Of a stretch of DNA of 64,000 nucleotides, positions 51,712 to 63,830 are shown piece after piece. The notes under the pieces are model-generated. The model was given only the letters and a program-made list of their open reading frames with translations, ran no database searches and had not been told where the DNA came from. The translations under genes and the position numbers were made by a program. This DNA is from Mobula hypostoma (Eukaryota). The DNA lies in assembly GCF_963921235.1 (NCBI RefSeq), contig NC_086108.1, positions 93,622,001-93,686,000 on the forward strand, in the 5' to 3' direction. Numbering within the stretch: the first letter of the stretch is position 1; each line of letters opens with the position of its first letter.

Positions 51712-52945
51712 AACTGAAGGAAGAGTGAGTAAGGGATTTGAAAGCTGGAGGGGGAGGGTGAGATGCAAAATGATAGGAGAAGACAGGAGGGGGAGGGATA
51801 GAGCCGAGAGCTGGACAGGTGATAGGCAAAAGGGGATACGAGAGGATCATGGGACAGGAGGTCTGGGAAGAAAGACAAGGGGGGGGGGTGACCCAGAGGA
51901 TGGGCAAGAGGTATATTCAGAGGGACAGAGGGAGAAAAAGGAGAGTGAGAGAAAGAATGTGTGCATAAAAATGAGTAACAGATGGGGTACGAGGGGGAGG
52001 TGGGGCCTTAGCGGAAGTTAGAGAAGTCAATGTTCACGCCATCAGGTTGGAGGCTACCCAGACGGAATATAAGGTGTTGTTCCTCCAACCTGAGTGTGGC
52101 TTCATCTTTACAGTAGAGGAGGCCGTGGATAGACATGTCAGAATGGGAATGGGATGTGGAATTAAAATGTGTGGCCACTGGGAGATCCTGCTTTCTCTGG
52201 TGGACAGAGCGTAGATGTTCAGCAAAGCGGTCTCCCAGTCTGCGTCGGGTCTCACCAATATATAAAAGGCCACATCGGGAGCACCGGACGCAGTATATCA
52301 CCCCAGTCGACTCACAGGTGAAGTGATGCCTCACCTGGAAGGACCGTTTGGGGCCCTGAATGGTGAGACCCGACGCAGACTGGGAGACCGCTTTGCTGAA
52401 TATTGGTGAGACCCGACGCAGACTGGGAGACCGCTTTGCTGAACATCTACGCTCTGTCCGCCAGAGAAAGCAGGATCTCCCAGTGGCCACACATTTTAAT
52501 TCCACATCCCATTTCCATTCTGACATGTCTATCCACGGCCTCCTCTACTGTAAAGATGAAGCCACACTCAGGTTGGAGGAACAACACCTTATATTCCGTC
52601 TGGGTAGCCTCCAACCTGATGGCATGAACATTGACTTCTCTAACTTCCGCTAAGGCCCCACCTCCCCCTCGTACCCCATCTGTTACTCATTTTTATGCAC
52701 ACATTCTTTCTCTCACTCTCCTTTTTCTCCCTCTGTCCCTCTGAACATACCTCTTGCCCATCCTCTGGGTCACCCCCCCCTTGTCTTTCTTCCCGGACCT
52801 CCTGTCCCATGATCCTCTCGTATCCCCTTTTGCCTATCACCTGTCCAGCTCTCGGCTCTATCCCTCCCCCTCCTGTCCTCCTATCATTTTGCATCTCCCC
52901 CTCCCCCTCCAGCTTTCAAATCCCTTACTCACTCTTCCTTCAGTT

Positions 52946-52981
52946 AGTCCTGACGAAGGGTCTCGGCCTGAAACGTCGACT
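52946..52981 (+). ncRNA. Minimal type I hammerhead ribozyme motif
   Basis: AGTC-CTGACGA-AGGGTCTCGGCCT-GAAA-CGTC-GACT: stem I AGUC/GACU, both core boxes, stem II, GUC triplet. Confidence 0.8.
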
Positions 52982-55122
52982 GCGCCTCTTCCTATAGATG
53001 CTGCTTGGCCTGCTGCATTCACCAGCAATTTTGATGTATGTTGCTTGAATTTCCAGCATCTGCAGAATTCCTGTTGTTTGTGGATAAACTTCAGTTCTCT
53101 TCTCTGGAGCACCAGAGGCTGAGGGGGAGAACTGATAGAGCTTTACAAGATTATGAATGCTACAGATGCCACAGATAGAGTGGACAGAGAATATCTATAT
53201 CCCAGGGGCATTCAGCTCATCCTGTTCACGCTGGCATGATCTTCTACCTAGTCTCATCTACATTCACCTGGACCATATCCTTTCAAGCCCCTCTCTTCCA
53301 TGCACTTATCCAAATTCCTCTTAAAAATGTTACAATTGAATCCGTATCTGCCACTTGCACAGGCAGCACGTTCCACGCTCCCTGCACCCTCTGAGTGAAG
53401 AAGTTTCCCTTCAAATTCCCCTTAAGTGCTTCACCTTTCACCCTAAACCTATGACCTGTATTTCTAGTCTCACCTAACCTGAGGGGAAAAGCCAGCTTAC
53501 ATTCGTTCTATCTAAACCCCTCAACATTTTGTATACCTCTGTAAGAACACACCTTGGTCACCTCTGCTCCAGGAATTAAAGTCCTAACACATTCAACCTT
53601 TCCCTATAACTCAGGTCCTCAAGTTCCGGCAACATCTGTGTAAATAATTGTGAAGTTTAGTACAATGTAGTACCTTTTGAGAAGAAGAAATGGAAGGTCT
53701 CTTAGGACTTAGAAGGTGCTAGGTGCTGTAGAGGATGAATGGGAATCTGGAGTACAAATAAACCAATCAAACAAAGCTGCACCACAGGTAGCAATACCAA
53801 ATAGAAAGCAAGTTAAGAAATGGACATTTTTACTAGAGGGACAGATCCCAAATTAAACTTGCATCAGAGAGATTGGATATGGAGAGATATTTCTATAAAT
53901 AGGTTATTCTAGAATCAGAGGGCACAGTTTCAGAATAAATAGATATCCCTTTAGAACTGAGATGAGGAAGAAATTTCCACAGCAAGAAGATTCCACAGTG
54001 GTGAATCTGTGGAATGCATTGCCATGGAGGCCTGTGGAGGTAAAGCAACTTGTTGCATTTCAGGTAGATATTAATAGGTTCTCGATTGGCAAAAGGATTA
54101 AGGATTACAGGGAAATACACACAAAATGCTGGAGGAACTCAGCAGGCCAGGCAGCATCAATGGAAAAGAGAACAGTCGACGCTTTGGACCAAAACCCTTC
54201 AGCAGGGCTACAGGGTAAAGGTGGGAGAGTGGATGAAAAAAATCAGCCCTGATTGAATGGTGGAGTAGACTCAATGGGCCAAATATCAAACCTTAGCTGA
54301 GCCATACTTTTCAAGTGTTTCTCCTGATACCAGCATCAGCCATCTCTTGAGTCTCCACACGTGCACACAGATCTGATCACCACGTTATTAATGACATGAT
54401 CAGGAGACGATCGAGGGGATGGGGTGAAGATTTAAAATGATGGTTTCGAGTTTGGACAGACCATACATGTCAGGAAAAGATATACAGACTGGGTCTCCTC
54501 ACTGTCAAAAGAAAGCTGGTGGGAGATCTAACTGAGGTCTTTACAATAATGGAAGTTTATCATGACTGAGTACAGAGAAATTATATTTTCTTGAGAGGAA
54601 AAGAATAGTTAGAGACTCTTCAAGATAAAATAGTCGCCTTGAAATACAGTAGGGAAGCTTCGCCCAAAGGCCGGTGGGTATGTGAAACCTGCGACCATTG
54701 AGAATAGGAAGGAAGAGGCAGAAGGAAACAGAGGCTCCTGGTGACATATTTACAGAAGGAAATATTGGAGGTCTGAATGTAGCAAAAACACCAAGGTGGA
54801 ATTGTCAGCCCAAATGACTTCTTTTTCGAGCAGTCTATCTACATAATGCTTTGCCGTGGAGCCAACTATACGGCTTTCTGGGCAAAGAAGAAACTGAAGG
54901 AAATGTGAGGTAATGAAGTTTAGATTAAGTAATGTGAGTTAAAATTTTGGAGCCAGTTCATGTGGCAATGCTTCAGAAAAAAAGTCATATCAAAAACTTG
55001 ACCATTTGAACACATTTTTCAGGCTCAGAATCAGGTTTAATATCACTGGCAGATGTCATGAAAGTTGTTGTTATACAGCAGCAGTATATTGTAAAACATA
55101 ATAAAAAGTAAATTATAGTAAG

Positions 55123-55129
55123 GTGTGTG

Positions 55130-55201
<72 letters not shown>
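55123..55201. repeat. Compound (TG)n(TA)n(GA)n microsatellite
   Basis: Direct reading. Confidence 0.95.
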
Positions 55202-55205
<4 letters not shown>

Positions 55206-56714
55206 CATAGTAAAAAGTCAAATTAAATAAGCAGTGCAAAAAGAGAAAAAGAAGTAGTGACGTAGTGTCATGGGTTCAATGTCCTTTCAGAAATCAGACA
55301 GTAGAGGGGAAGAAGCTGCTCATGAATCATTGAGTGTGAGCCTTCAGGCTCCTGTACCTCCTCTCTGTTGGTAGCAATGAGAAGAGGGCAGGTCCTGGGT
55401 GTTGGGAGTCTCCTTTTTGAGCCACTGCTCCTTGGAGATGTCCTGGATAGTACAGAGACTAGTGCCCACGATGGAGCTGACTGAGTTTACAACTTTCCTC
55501 AACTTATTTCAATACTGTGCAGTGAAACCAATCCCACCCCATACCAGATGGCGATACAGCCAATTAGAGTACATCTGTAGAAATTCGTGAGTGCCTTTGG
55601 TGACCTTCTAATTCTCCTCAAGCTCCTAATGATATACATTAGGAGTCTGACAATTCACCTCCAGACAGTAGGCGTCACCAGCACGGCCAAAAATTTCTCC
55701 ACTGCCAGCAGAAATCAGAGTCTGCAATTTTGCTGTTCTCTCACAACGAAACCTGTGTGGGGTTTGGGAGTGAGACACCAATCAGAGTCTCATGTTGATA
55801 TGTTGCAGAGAGCACCTCGCGGACTCTGTTATTGCTTTTCCGTCCTATTACCTCGAGGGAATACCAGGGAAAAGCATCGTCAGGATGCACACTGAGGCTG
55901 GGAGATGCTCTCTGCAAAATATCGATGCAAGACCTCGCAGAGGTCAGACTTGCACTGATCCGTATGGATGGCAGGCAAAACCAAGTTTTTCACTGTATCT
56001 GTGACAATAATATGCCAATTACCTATAATCAGCAGTATGGAGAAGTGATCGGAGATTTGATCACTGATCAGAGAATTAATCAGAGATTCTCCTTTTGGTG
56101 ACAGCACACTATACTTGCAAGCTGCATGCTGTGATACCTGGCGCTTTGATCAAGCCAAACTTGGGAGAAGAGTCATATGTGGCATAAGAGCTAATTGTGC
56201 CAATTCATTGCATGTGGAGTGCCTATGCCCTTCCACCACACCCCTCTGCTCCCGTACTTTCCTACAGTTCCACTGTATTCTCAGCCACCGTACTGCCACT
56301 GCCATAGGGAGCATCCTTTAATCTCTAACTCACTTCCCAGAGGTCTCAGCAGACATGCCCACAAAGCTTTTCATACGACTCATGACAGGAGCCGCAGTGT
56401 CACAGTTTGAATGCATACACCTGTGAGTTAAATGCTATCACGCTGCAGTTAATGCACTTTTGTCCAATTGCACACATTTTCTTCGGGGGTCAGAACGGAT
56501 GTCTGTGTTATGTCCAGCACGTACTTCGTACACCAAAATAATGTGATACCCATTTAGAAACATAGAAACACAGAAAACCTTCAGCACAATACAAGCCCTT
56601 CAGCCCGCAATGCTGTGCCGAACGTGTACTGACTTTAGAAATTACCTAGGGTTACCCATAGCCCTCTGTTAATTAGCCTTCATTGTGCACTAATGTTTGC
56701 CCTGCTTTTTGTCA

Positions 56715-57240
56715 TCAGAATCAGAATCAGGTTTAATATCACTGGTATATGTAGTGAAATTTGTTAACTTTGTGGCAGCAGTACAATGAAATACATGATA
56801 AATAATTATAGAGAAAAATACCGAGTTACATTAAGTGTGCACTTGTCTGTTAAATAGTTAAGTTCATGTAAGTAATGCAAAAATAGAAATGAAAAAGTAG
56901 CGAGATAGCGTCCATGGGTTCAATGTCCATTTAGAAATCAGATGACAAAGGGGACAAAGCTATTCCTGAATTGTTGAGTGTGTGCCAGTACGATTCTGTG
57001 CCTCCTTCCTGATGGTAACAATGAGAGGTAGACATGTCCTGGGAGGTGGGGGACCTTAATGATGGACACCACCTTCCTAAGGCACCGCTCCTTGAAGATG
57101 TCTTGGATACTACGGAGGCTGGAACCCATGATAGAGCTGACTAACTTTACAAGTTTCTGCAACCTACTTTGATCCTGTACAATAGTCCCCCCACCCCCAA
57201 CCCCATACCAGACGGTGACGCAGCCTGTCAGAACGCACAC
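56715..57240 (-). mobile_element. Rex1/Babar LINE 3' fragment
   Basis: VLTGCVTVWYG...LLPSGRR...FRNSF; (TTCTGA)n tail. Confidence 0.75.
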
Positions 57241-58045
57241 TACCTCACTATTTTTGCCCGACTTTTTTATCATATATATTTCTTATTATAATTTATTGTA
57301 TATTTTATTGGACTGTACTGCTGCCACAAAACAACAAATTTCACAGCATAAGTCAATGATATTAAACCTGATTCTGATTCATTGATTTATATTATAAATG
57401 CAAGATACATAAAATAGACGCATTTCATTCCTGTCCATAATGCATATTGAAACTCTAAACACAACTGCACAATAAGGTGCACCAAGTGAATTACTTCCCC
57501 CCATTCATGTTGATAGCCTCATGTTATACAATAGTCCAACGTTTTGTTCGCTGGGATAGGTTTGCAGAATAACCTAGCTGCTTGCAACTACTGAAAGACA
57601 AGGAAGCAACACTGATTATGGCTGCACCCTGGACAAAGTCACAAAGATGGCCCTTCTCCACAACACATCACTTCAGTTCACCTGGCAAAAGAACTGGCAC
57701 ATCATAGAATGCAGGGCTTTCTTTAAATCTAGAATCTGTCCTGGGAGAAAGGTGATGCATGAAACATTTATTACACAGCGGGACTGCAGAACAATTCTGT
57801 GTTATGCAGGACTGCAATATCCATCAAGATAAGCCGAGTATATCAGTCTGCGAATCTGGTCCACCATTAAAGTGAGCTTATGAGCTGGTTAATAAATACT
57901 GGGGAATGCTTGGTATGCTGGCCTGGGGAAGTTTACGTCTCTCTCCCTCTCTCACATGTTAAGGCTGGAATATTATTCTTGAGCCTGGAGTCTGAAGAAG
58001 GCTGCGAGTCGAATCATCTGATTTTTACATTTATCTTCCCTGCAG

Positions 58046-58185
58046 TCTAACGGTGGCAGAGCACATCTTATTTTACACTCAGCTCAAAGGCCACGCAGCT
58101 GAAGAAGCAGAAAAACAGACAGAAGTAATGCTGGATGAAATTGGATTGATTCATAAAAGAGACGAGTTGGCTCAAAATTTATCAG
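58046..58185 (+). CDS. ABCA4: ABCA4 exon 21 equivalent
   Basis: tgcag|T...CAG|gtaac; 140 nt; [15 protein letters not shown]...[12 protein letters not shown]. Confidence 0.97.
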
Positions 58186-59248
58186 GTAACAGCCCATTGG
58201 CCACTTGTTTATTCAAATACAGTGACTTAGCCCTGTTCCACCATTCTGTCTTGAGTAGGCCACCTAATATTGCTCAGTGAGAATCACTGAGCACAAATTT
58301 ATTTGGCATGTGTCAGACCGAACAAAGCAACCTGCATTTCAGAAGGTTTTCACCAAGTATCAGAAAGGTTATGAGGTTCCTGATGGTCTATTTCTTATTC
58401 CTTAAACTTATTTTCTCAAGACATAAGAAATGGAAGCAAGGAGTGAACAACTTCCTGCTCTCTTAATCCAATAAGATATTTTACCTCGCCGTCTCCTTCC
58501 TGTACAGAAATATATCTCTGATTCCCTTTATATCTAAAATCCATTAATCTGTCTTAATATATTTGGCAACTGAACCTTTGATAGAGAATTCCAAAATTTC
58601 TTAACCCCCCCCCCCAAGGTAAAATAAAATTCTTCCCACTTCTACTATGATGACTAATTCCCCCCACTACCCATTTCTGAGGCAGTGACGCCTGGTTTGA
58701 GCCACTTGACCAGGACAAACATCATCCCTACATCTCCCCTGTCAAGTTCCAGGAGAATTCCATATGTTTCTGTGAGGCAATTTCTAAACCCTGGAGGTTA
58801 TAGACTTTGTTTTCTTCCTCCCTCTTCATATAACAAACCCACCAAACCAGTTAAATCATGGCCCTCCCTCTATTGCGAGTATTGTGTAGGGAGACCAACA
58901 GTGTACACTTTATTACTGCTGCTGTCTCACCAGGACTTTATGTTATTGCAGTTGGACATCTTTATTCTGTACTGAAATTCATTTGCAATGAAGAACGTAC
59001 CACTTGCATTCCTAATTACTGGGAAATTTTCGGTGTCTTCTGCCTCAAACGATTTGTTTAATTTCTCTGCCATTTCCTATGGGTGAGTCTTATCACAGTA
59101 GGATTTAATGTGATGTTAAAGCAGAGTTATTAACCTAATGGCCAGTGGACACTGTTTGCCTTTGTAACTCTGAGGATCACTGTCATGAAGAATTATAACT
59201 TGATGTCAGATTACAACTTGTTGGAAGTTTTCCTCTTTCCTTCCACAG

Positions 59249-59386
59249 GTGGAATGCAGAGGAAATTGTCAGTAGCCTTAGCGTTCATTGGGGGAGCTAA
59301 GGTGATCATTCTGGATGAGCCAACATCTGGAGTAGATCCATATTCCAGACGATCTATCTGGGATCTCCTACTTAAATATCGTTCAG
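59249..59386 (+). CDS. ABCA4: ABCA4 exon 22 equivalent (ABC signature, Walker B)
   Basis: cacag|GT...CAG|gtacg; 138 nt; [46 protein letters not shown]. Confidence 0.98.
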
Positions 59387-62300
59387 GTACGGTACCCTTT
59401 CAATGACTTCAGTGAGAAAAGAATATGCACTGTATGCAATGAAGTTACACTGAAGCCTTTTATCAATATTGTATCCTGAATATGAAAAAAAATTCTTGTG
59501 ACTGCTTCATCAACAACTGTACAAGAAAGCTGTATGCTTGTGCGTCTGCTTGTCTATGTGCTCATGTGCGGGTGTGTTGTGTGTCTATAAAGTGATTTTA
59601 AAACTTACCTCTAATTGTACGTTGAAGCCTACAGTGAAGCACATCATTTGTGTTAAATCAAAGCAGTGAGGGTTGTGTTGGGCAGCCCGCAAGTGTTGCC
59701 ATACCTCCATCGTCAACATAGCATGCCCACATTTCACTAAACCTAACCATACATCTTTGGAATACGGGAGGAAACAAACATCCGAAAGTGAGAAATGTTG
59801 TTTACACCTGGCTCTGATTGGGCTTTCAGGTAAGGTCCAAGCCCGTATGTTAGTCCATGCCAATATTGACCATAATCTGTTCCATCATTAACCGTACTCA
59901 TATCATTGTTAACCATTAGTCAGCTCCACCATGAACTATTCTCCTTGCCATCAATAACCAAAGCCCATGCTATCCTTAATCAGTAGTATGAAATTGTTAA
60001 CCATAGTGCACGCCATCAATAACCAGTCCTTGCCATCGACTCTGCCATAATTTCATTCAAATTCCACCCTTTAAGCTTACCTGCTGCCAACTTCCCAGAC
60101 TTTACTGTCCTGTTCAGCCTCTCACTCTGTTCCCTGTACGCTTCAAGTCATCCAAAACTCTTAATGATCTAGCCTGCACTGCCCTGTGCTCTCTGACCTA
60201 TATTATTGCCCCAGGGAAAAATGCTCATTTCGTTTTCAAACTGCTCCTTTGTCTTTCTCCTCCCATTCTCTCTCACCTCCTCCATCCATGCAATCATCTG
60301 AGGAATCTGTGTTCCTTTAATTTCTTTTTAACTCATTACTCAACCACTGACAGCCACTGGAACTCCCTACCTTAAATTCACTATCTCCTCCTCCTGCCTC
60401 ATTTAAGACTTTCCTTAAAATGTACGTCTTTGACTAGGTTTTCAGTCATCTTCCTTAAATACAAAGAATGAATCGGCTTCGACATTCTTGAGACATTTTG
60501 CTATCTCAAACATGCTATATAAAGGAAGATGCTGTTCTTAATTTTGATAAAATGGTCTCATAGCAAAAAGTAATGGTTGGGTGTGGGCAAGGAGGGCTGC
60601 AATTAGAGCATTAAAAAAGTCTGGGTGTGTCACAGGTAGCTTTAGAGTCATAGGTTAATACAATGTGAAACAGCCCCTTTGGCTCAACATCCTCTTGGCC
60701 AAATTCCCTACTGAGCTCATCCCATTTACTTATATTTGGCCCATGAACCTCAAAATCTTTCCTAACTACGTACTGTACGTGTCCAACCATCTTTTATACA
60801 CTGTCATCGTATCTGCTTCCACGACTTACTCTTGCAGCTTGTTCCAGATTGCCATTGCCCTAATTGATTCATTTATCATTTGTATTTGCACAATTTGTCG
60901 CCTTCTTGCACGTCGGTTGCTTGCCAGTCTTTGTGTGTAGCTTTTCATAGATTTTATTGTATTTCTTCGTTTCACTGCAAATGCTCGCAAGAAAAAGAAG
61001 CTCAGCAAATAATGACATATACTATATGTACTTTACTTTATTCTCGGCATGAAAAAATTGCCCATCAAGTCCCCTTTAAATATTTTCCTTGTCATCTTAA
61101 GTATTTGCCCTCTACTTTTAGTCTTTCGCTATTGTGGGGAAAAACAGACTGACCATTCGTTTTATCTTATAGTTTTATATACCTCCATAAGGTCATTCCT
61201 CAGCCCTAGGCATTCCAGAGCAAAATACTCCAGCCATCCAGTCTCTCCTTCTAACTCAAGCCATCCAGTTCTAATAATATCCTTGTGGATCTTTGAAATT
61301 GAATTTGGGGTTAAGGAAAACATCAGGTGAACGAGACTGCACTGACCATTTCTCCGACGTGTCTTCCCTCCTCGGGCACACCTCACCGAGTCATGGCCAA
61401 GGAGGGTACACAGAATCGTGGTTGCTTTCTTTGGGTAGGTGAAAACCTCCCACCGTCCAACACACACACATTCAATGTCCAGAGATTGGAAGCTGATGAA
61501 TGAAGCCCGGAGACTGATGCAGCAGGTGCTCCACGGCCAACTCGAACAGCAGATGGACTTGTCTGATCTTGGCTCCTTGTTTGTATCTTATCCACAAAGC
61601 CACTTGTCTCAGCAACAGAGTGTTCTTGTGCTGGTTGTCAATCTCCTTTAACACAATGGGAGCTTTTATACTGGAGAATTCACAAGTTGAAAGAGCAAAC
61701 GCTGGAAGAAACCCAGCAGGCAGCCCAGAGATCTTCCACAGGATGGAGATAACATTGCAGATCAATGACATCTGATTTCAGGTTTCCTGCATCTGCAATG
61801 ATTTAGCTCTCACTTTGCATTAGTCAAACTTTGACCTTGGTTACCCAACTCTGAGTTAAAAGCTGCATTTGTGCAGGAGTTTGCCTGAGGTGTCCCTGAA
61901 CCAGGTTCAAAAATGAAAGCAAATTTATTATCAAAGTACATATATGTCACCATGTACATACTACTTCAAGATTCATTTGCTTACAGTCACTGTAGAGCAA
62001 AGAAATACATAGAGTCAATGAAAAACTACACAGAAAGACTCAAACAACCGATGTGCAAAAGAAAGCAAACTCCAAAGAAAATAAGTAGATAATAAATAAA
62101 CAAACAAATAAATAAATAGGTAGATAATATTAAGAAAATGAGTTATAGAGTCCTTGAAAGTAGGTCCACAGGTTGTAGAATCAGTTCAGTGATGAGGTGA
62201 GTGAAGTTCTCCTCCCGGCTTAGGAGTGTGATGGTTGAAGGATATTAGCTCTTCCTGAGCTTGCTGATATAGGAGCAAAGGCTCCTGTACTTCCTTCCTG

Positions 62301-63309
62301 GTGGCAGCAGCGAGACTAGAACATGGCCTGTGTGGTGGGGGTCCTTAACAATGGATGCTACCTTCCTGTGGCAGTGCTCCTTGTAGAGCTCCCGGGGTGA
62401 TAAGCAGTGGTGCCGGGTGCTGCTATCACTGTGAGGTCGCTGCGGTTGAGCAAACACACAAGCTGCTTTCATTTAAATAAGCTCAAAGTCTCGCATTACA
62501 TCTACAGCACCAGAGCCACACTACTGTCCCTCATCACTGTCCAACCACAAGACACAGGAGCAGAATTAAGCCAAATGGCCCATTGATCATGGCTGATTTA
62601 TTTTCTCCTTCAACACGATTCCTTGTATCTACTAATCCAGAACCTATCAACCTCTGCTTTAAGTATATCGAGTGCAACAGTAAGATGGCCGTTATGCCTA
62701 CATTCAGGAATACTCTCTGTGTCTGAGCAGCCCGTCTGCATGGTGTCCATAATAAGACAGTTCTGATCAACTGATAATATTTTTGACTGTACTCTGTGCA
62801 ACTGCAGTCAAGTTGTTATTGAGGTGACTTCACATTATCCAGTGAGAACCATTCAATCACAGATAAACGGTTCCAGGAACTCTCCTCCCACATGAGCCTC
62901 TCCCACTCACCCCTTCTGAGCCACGTGCAGCAGCAGAACTGGTAACCTGTTCAGAAAAGGGACTATAAAGCAGTATTTAAAATATCTGGAGGCACAAGAG
63001 ACTGCAGATGCTAGAATCAGATGATGGGTCTCAACCCTAAATGTCAACTGCTTGTTTCTTTCCATGGATGCTACCTGACTTTGCTGAGCTCCCCCAGCAG
63101 TCTGTGTGTTACTTAAAGTATAAACCTACTGTTTTTTCTTTTTCTTCTCCTTCACTCCTGCTATCGTCACCTTTCCTACCTTGCACCCAACTCCATCACC
63201 TCACCACCCTCACGACCTTTATCCTCACCCTCATCTTTACCATCTTTATCTTCACCATCTCAAAATTCACCTCCAGCACTTTATCCTCCATCACCTTCAC
63301 CACCTCCAA

Positions 63310-63830
63310 TCAGAGGATGACTTGATTTCACTCCGAATGTTAGTTCTGAAGTGACCGATGAGACCACTCGGGGAGCCGCAGATCCTTCCATAGTTGGGGC
63401 AGGAGGTGCCTGGTGGCAGCTGGTGAATTTCTTCCACTGTTTACAGAAAGTTCTTGGTGCCATCTTGAATATTCCTTCTCCACATTGAGTGATCATGGGC
63501 CAGGGATTGTCAGGAGTCAGTGGGCATGGTGCATTTTCATCACAGAGGCTTCAAGTACATTCCTGAACCTTTTCCTGTAGCAATCTCTTCGCATTACAGA
63601 GCTCAGAGTAGAATGTCTGGTGTGATCTTCTGAATGATGTGGCCCAGCAGTGCTGACAATCTGTAACCAGGGGCTCAGTGCTTGGGGTTTGGCCAAGGAG
63701 AGGACACAGGCATTAAATTGTTTATTTTCCCAGTGAATTTGACTGAATTTGGAGGATCTGGTGATATCTTGAGGCACCTGCTACAGGTGTCCCAGAAACA
63801 TTCAGGACGGCAGGGATCACTATGGGTTTT
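63310..63830 (-). mobile_element. Decayed RTE LINE 3' end
   Basis: Across frameshifts: IHWENK, RKRFRNVLEAS, and the terminal zinc-finger remnant CPNYGRICGS..GLIGHFRT. Confidence 0.7.

Larger units (their letters stand above)
51613..53080. mobile_element. Palindromic Penelope-like element (Neptune-type) with GIY-YIG endonuclease C-terminus and inverted pLTRs
   Basis: Inverted arms 51613-52261 and 52400-53044; translation FTCESTGVIYCVRCSRCGLLYIGETRRRLGDRFAEH...LEEQHLIFRLGSLQPDG; TSD TGGATAAACTTCAG at 51599-51612 and 53081-53094. Confidence 0.93.
51480..53210 (+). mobile_element. CR1 fragment (51480-51612 and 53095-53210) split by the Penelope palindrome
   Basis: QFWSAHCRKDVEALERIQKRFTRMLPGL...ERLDKL before the insertion; FSLEHQRLRG after it. 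Confidence 0.8.

Noticed and set aside
52008..52653. Overlapping ORFs on both strands as a stand-alone GIY-YIG nuclease gene
   Set aside because: They are chimeric read-throughs across the palindrome centre of a truncated Penelope element, with no RT and no evident promoter.
63180..63310. Low-complexity tract that would encode a G/D/E-rich peptide on the minus strand
   Set aside because: Interrupted by stop codons and adjacent to an RTE tail; simple repeat decay.
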